A stretch of 64,000 nt of DNA from Zygnema circumcarinatum SAG 698-1b (taxonomy: Eukaryota > Plantae > Zygnematophyceae): positions 1,262,297-1,326,296 of the forward strand of contig CM074819.1 of the NCBI GenBank assembly GCA_037447605.1, given 5' to 3'. Shown in pieces: positions 59,476 through 64,000 of the stretch. A program made the translations under genes and the position numbers. The notes under the pieces were generated by a model. It did not search any database, was not told the DNA's origin, and was given only the letters and a program-made list of their open reading frames with translations. Within the stretch, counting starts at the first letter, position 1. The number at the start of each line of letters is the position of its first letter.

Positions 59476-62400
59476 CATTGGGGAGGGGGAGGGGGCATTG
59501 GGGAGGGGGCATTGGGGAGGGGGCGTTGGGGAGGGGGCATTGGGGAGGGGGCATTGGGGAGGGGGAGGGGGCATTGGGGAGGGGGCATTGGGGAGGGGGC
59601 AGTGGGGAGGGGGAGGGGCAGTGGGGAGGGGGAGGAGCATTGGTGAGTGGGAGGGGGAATTGGGGAGAGGGCAGTTGGGGAGGGGGAGGGGCATTGGGGA
59701 GGGGGGGGTGCATTGGGGAGGGGGCATTGGGGAGGGGGAGGGGGGAGGGGGATTGGGGGGGAGGGGGCATTGGGGAGGGGGAGGGGGCATTGGGGAGGGG
59801 GCATTGGGGAGGGGGAGGGGATTGGGGGGGCATTGGGGAGGGGGCATTGGGGAGGGGGAGGGGCATTGGGGAGGGGGAGGGGGCATTGGGAGGGGGAGGG
59901 GCATTGGGAGGGGGAGGGGCATCGGGGGAGGGGATTGGGGAGGGGGAGGGGCATTGGGGAAGGGGAGGGGGATTGAGGGGGATGGGCATTGGGGAGGGAG
60001 GGATTGGAGGGGCATTGGGAGGGGGAGGGGCATTGGGGAGGGGGAGGGGCATTGTGGAGGGGTAGGGGGCATTGGGGAGGGGGAGGGGGCATTGGGGATG
60101 GGGAGGGGGCATTGGGGAGGGGGAGCGGGGAGTGGGATGGGCAGGGGAGGGGGAGGGGCATTGGGGAGGGGGCATTGGGAGGGAGGGGCATTGGGAGGGG
60201 GGAGGGGGCACTGGGGAGGGGAGGGGCATTGGGAGGGAGGGGCATTGGGGAGGAGGGGCACTGGGGAGGGAGGGGCATCGGGGAGGAGGGGGCATTGGGA
60301 GGGGGAGGGGCGTGGGGAGGGGGAGGGGGCACTGGGGAGGGGAGGGGGGAGGGGATTGGGGAGGAGAGGGGCATTGGGGAGGGGGAGGGGCATTGGGGAG
60401 GGGGAGGGGCAATGGGGAGGGGAGGGGCATTGGGAGGGGGCATTGGGGAGGGGGAGGGGGCAGGGGGAGGGGGCATTGGGGAGGGGGAGGGGAGTGCATT
60501 GGGGAGGGGGAGGGGCATTGGGGAGGGGGGGTCATTGGGGAGGGAGGGGCATTGGGGAGAGGGGGCATTGGGGAGGGGGAGGGGCAGGGGCATTGGGGAG
60601 GGGGAGGGGCATTGGGGAGGGGGAGGGGGACGGGGGAGGGGGGGGAGGGGGCAGTGGGGAGGGGGAGGGGCATTGGGGAGGGGGAGGGGCATTGGGGAGG
60701 GGGAGGGGTCATTGGGGAGGGGGAGGGGGCATTGGGGAGGGGGAGGGGCATTGGGAATGGGGAGTGGCATTGGGGTGGTGGAGGGGCACTGGGGAGGGGG
60801 AGGGGCATTGGGGAGTGGGAGGGGCATTGGGGAGGAGGGGCAGTGGGGAGGGGGAGGGGATTGGGGAGGGGGAGGAGCATTGGTGAGTGGGAGGGGGAAT
60901 TGGGGAGAGGGCAGTGGGGAGGGGGAGGGGCATTGGGGAGGGGGAGGTGCATTGGGGAGTGGGAGGGGGCATTGAGGAGAGGGCATTGGGGAGGGGGCAT
61001 TGGGGAGTGGGAGGGGGCATTGGGGAGAGGGCATGGGAGGGGGCAGTGGGGAGGGGGAGGGGGCATTGGGGAGGGGGAGGTGCAGTGGGGAGGGGGAGGG
61101 TCATTGGGGAGGGAGGGGCGTTGGGGAGGGGGCGTGGGGAGGGGGGAGGGGCATCGGGGAGGGGAGGGGCAGTGGGGAGGGGGAGGGGCATTGGGGAGGG
61201 GGAGGGGTCATTGGGGAGGGGGCAGTGGGGAGGGGGAGGGGCATTGGGGAGGAGGAGGGGCGTCGGGGAGGGGGAGGGCAGTGGGGAGGGAGGGCGTGGG
61301 GAGGGGAGGGGGCGTCGGGGAGGGGGAGGGGGCGTGGGGAGGGGAGGGGGCAGTGGGGAGGGGGAGGGTCATGGGGGAGGGGGAGGGGCATTGGGGAGGG
61401 GGCAGGGGGGAGGGGGAGGGGCATCAGGGGAGGGGGAGGGGCGTGGGGAGGGGGAGGGGCATCAGGAGGGGGAGGGGGCATGGGGAGGGGGAGGGGCATT
61501 GGGAGGGGGAGGGGCGTGGGGAAGGTGAGGGGCATTGGGGAGGGGAGGGGCATTGGGGAGGGGGAGGAGCATTGGTGAGTGGGAGGGGGAATTGGGGAGA
61601 GGGCAGTGGGGAGGGGGAGGGGCATTGGGGAGGGGGAGGTGCATTGGGGAGTGGGAGGGGGCATTGAGGAGAGGGCATTGGGGAGGGGGCATTGGGGAGG
61701 GGGAGGGGGCATTGGGGAGGGGGAGGGGAGGGGGCATTGGGGAGGGGGAGGGGCATTGGGGAGGGGGCATTGGGGAGGGGGCATTGGGGAGGGGGAGGGG
61801 GCATCGGGGAGGGGGAGGGTCATCGGGGAGGGGGAGGGGCATTGGGGAGGGGGAGGGGGATTGGGGAGGGGGAGGGGAGGGGGGCATTGGGGAGGGGGAG
61901 GGGCATTGGGGGGGGAGGGGCATTGGGGAGGTGGAGGGGCATTGGGGAGGGGGAGGGGGCAATGGGGAGGGCGAAGTGGGCATTCGGGAGGGGGCAGTGG
62001 GGAGGGGGAGGGGCATTGGGGAGGGGGAGGGGCATTGGGGAGGGGGCATTGGGGAGGGGGGTTGGGGAGGGGGCAGTGGGGAGGGGGCACTGGGGAGGGG
62101 GAGGGGCATTGGGGAGGAGGAGGGGGCGTGGGAGGGGCATTGGGGAGGGGGAGGGGGCAATGGGTAGGGGGCATTCGGGAGGGGGCAGTGGGGAGGGGGA
62201 GGGGCAGTGGGGAGGGGGAGGGGCGTGGGGAGGGGAGGGGGCACTGGGGAGGGGTAGGGGCATTGTGGAGGGAGAGGGGGCATTGGGGAGGGGGCATTGG
62301 GGAGGGGGATGGGTCATTGGGGAGGGGGAGGGGCATTGGGGAGGGGGAGGGGCATTGGGGAGCAGTGGGGAGGTGGAAGGGGATAGGAGAGTGGGCATTG

Positions 62401-63271
62401 GGGAGGGGGAGGGGCATTGGGGAGGGGTAGGGGCATTGGGGAGGGGGAGGGGGCAGTGGGGAGGGTGAGGGGCATTGGGGAGGGGGAGGGGCATTGGGGA
62501 GGGTAGCATTGGGGAGTGGGAGGGGGCAGTGGGGAGGGGGAGGGGGCATTGGGGAGGAGGAGGGGGCAGTGGGGAGGAGGGGCACTGGGGAGGGGAGGGG
62601 CATTGGGGATGGGTAGGGGGCATTGGGAAGGGGGAGTGGCATTGGGGAGGTGGAGGGGCATTGGGAGGGGGGAGGGGCATTGGGAGGGAGGGGCATTGGG
62701 AGGGGGAGGCATTGGGGAGGGAGGGGCATTGGGAGGGGGGCATCTGGGAGGGGGAGGGGGCAGGGGAGGGGGAGGGGGCACTGGGGAGGGGGAGGAGCAT
62801 TGGTGAGTGGGAGGGGGAATTGGGGAGAGGGCAGTGGGGAGGGGGAGGGGCATTGGGGAGGGGGGGGTGCATTGGGGAGTGGGAGGGGTCATTGGGGAGG
62901 AGGGGCATTGGGAGGGGGCATTGGGGAGGAGGGGGCATTGGGGAGGGGCATTGGGAGGGGGCAGGGGAGGGGAGGGTCATTGGGGAGGTGGAGGGGCATT
63001 GGGAGGGGGCATTGGGAGGGGGAGGGGCATCGGGGAGGGGAAGGGCATTGGGGAGGAGGGGGACTGGGGAGGGGCATTGGGAGGGGAGGCATTGGGGAGG
63101 GTGAGGGGCATTGGGAGGGAGGGGCATTGGGGAGGGGGAGGGGCATTGGGGAGGGGGAGGGGGCATTGGGGAGGGGGGGGCATTGGGGAGGGGGAGGGGG
63201 GAGGGGGTAGTGGGGAGGGGGTAGTGGGGAGGGGGTAGTGGGAGGGGGAGGGGAGGGGAGGGGAGGGGAGG
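59476..63271. repeat. G-rich minisatellite, unit CATTGGGGAGGGGG(AGGGG(G)), ~14/19/20 bp, ~3.8 kb
   Basis: On the order of 200 imperfect tandem units with G4-G5 runs. Confidence 0.97.
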
Positions 63272-63454
63272 TTACCGCGCCCCCGCATTCTGTCGAAGTC
63301 CAAAACCGAGTACCGATATGATACCAAAAGATCCCTGCATTTTGATACGCGTGCGCAAAACCTGGTCGGTTTTCTGCAGCGCGTATCGTTTCGTATCGTA
63401 TTCCGGCGAAAGGTAAATCCAGAAGTGTGGTTTGTTGTGGTCGCGCCAGGCCAT

Positions 63455-63522
63455 GGGTGGATGGATGGATGGATGGATGGATGGATGGATGGATGGATGG
63501 TTGATGGATGGTTGATGGATGG
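63455..63522. repeat. (GGAT)n microsatellite
   Basis: Tandem GGAT/TGAT units; a (TTG)n run follows at ~63543-63567. Confidence 0.95.
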
Positions 63523-63651
63523 TTCTCGCTCTGGCTGTTGGTGTTGTTGTTGTTGTTGTTGTTGTTAAGCGAGAGAGAGCGAGGCGTGGCCGTTACTTCG
63601 CGAAAGAAGGAAGGTCTGAAGTCTGACCCCCCCTATTGTTGTAGCATGTAT

Positions 63652-63851
63652 TAGGGGTGGTCAGACATTGACCATGGCCGTACTAAGTTTTATAGTATAC
63701 TAAAAGTCAAAGTTCTGCGTACGAATTCCGGGTCGGGTTCCGCGGCTCCACCGTACTCAGCCACACCGACATGCGTGCATAGCCAATGCTTGATTCGCCC
63801 GACAGGTTTACTAAAGTGATTTGGCCATGGTCAAATGTCTGACCCGCCCTG
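63652..63851. mobile_element. 200-bp MITE with ~28-bp TIRs starting (T/C)AGGG (hAT-like ends)
   Basis: TAGGGGTGGTCAGACATTGACCATGGCC ... GGCCATGGTCAAATGTCTGACCCGCCCTG. Confidence 0.6.
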
Positions 63852-64000
63852 TTGTTGTACTATGTATTGTATTGTCTTCGAAGCGCTGCGTTTGTTTGTT
63901 GATGGGCGGTTCGTCAACTGGTCGGTCTGGTCCGACCGGTTTGGACTGGTCGGTCTTCCAACGGAAGAAATGATGATGAAGAAGAGGAAGAAGAAGAAGA

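Noticed and set aside
59289-63327. Long Pro-rich/Gly-rich ORFs (extensin-, pherophorin- or GRP-like)
   Set aside because: Units of 14/19/20 nt are not codon-periodic, and several frames on both strands are open simply because the repeat lacks stop codons.

Overview
Eukaryotic nuclear DNA with GT-AG introns, land-plant-like proteins and GA/CT-rich introns and leaders. This is most consistent with a streptophyte green alga or early-diverging plant (inference). From left to right: a decayed Ty3/gypsy chromovirus (1-6751); nested TA-flanked MITEs (7.6-9.1 kb); a URGT-type nucleotide-sugar transporter; two NRT2 nitrate transporter genes arranged head-to-head as a ~2.9-kb inverted repeat, whose 4.4-kb loop holds a TTAGGG array and a ZMAT5 (U11/U12-20K)-like gene; DXS; a CS-domain/ankyrin/TPR gene; COG7; a DUF7796-like gene with an extra degenerate methyltransferase-like domain (artefactually duplicated across an N gap); an intron-containing RPL13A pseudogene; a 3.8-kb G-rich minisatellite; and a small TIR element. 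The most notable observation is the NRT2 pair. The gene bodies are nearly identical, while the promoters and last codons are old, diverged paralogous sequence that retains shared motif blocks. This points to concerted evolution by gene conversion and gives a natural footprint of NRT2 cis-elements. All calls were made by eye, without database searches.
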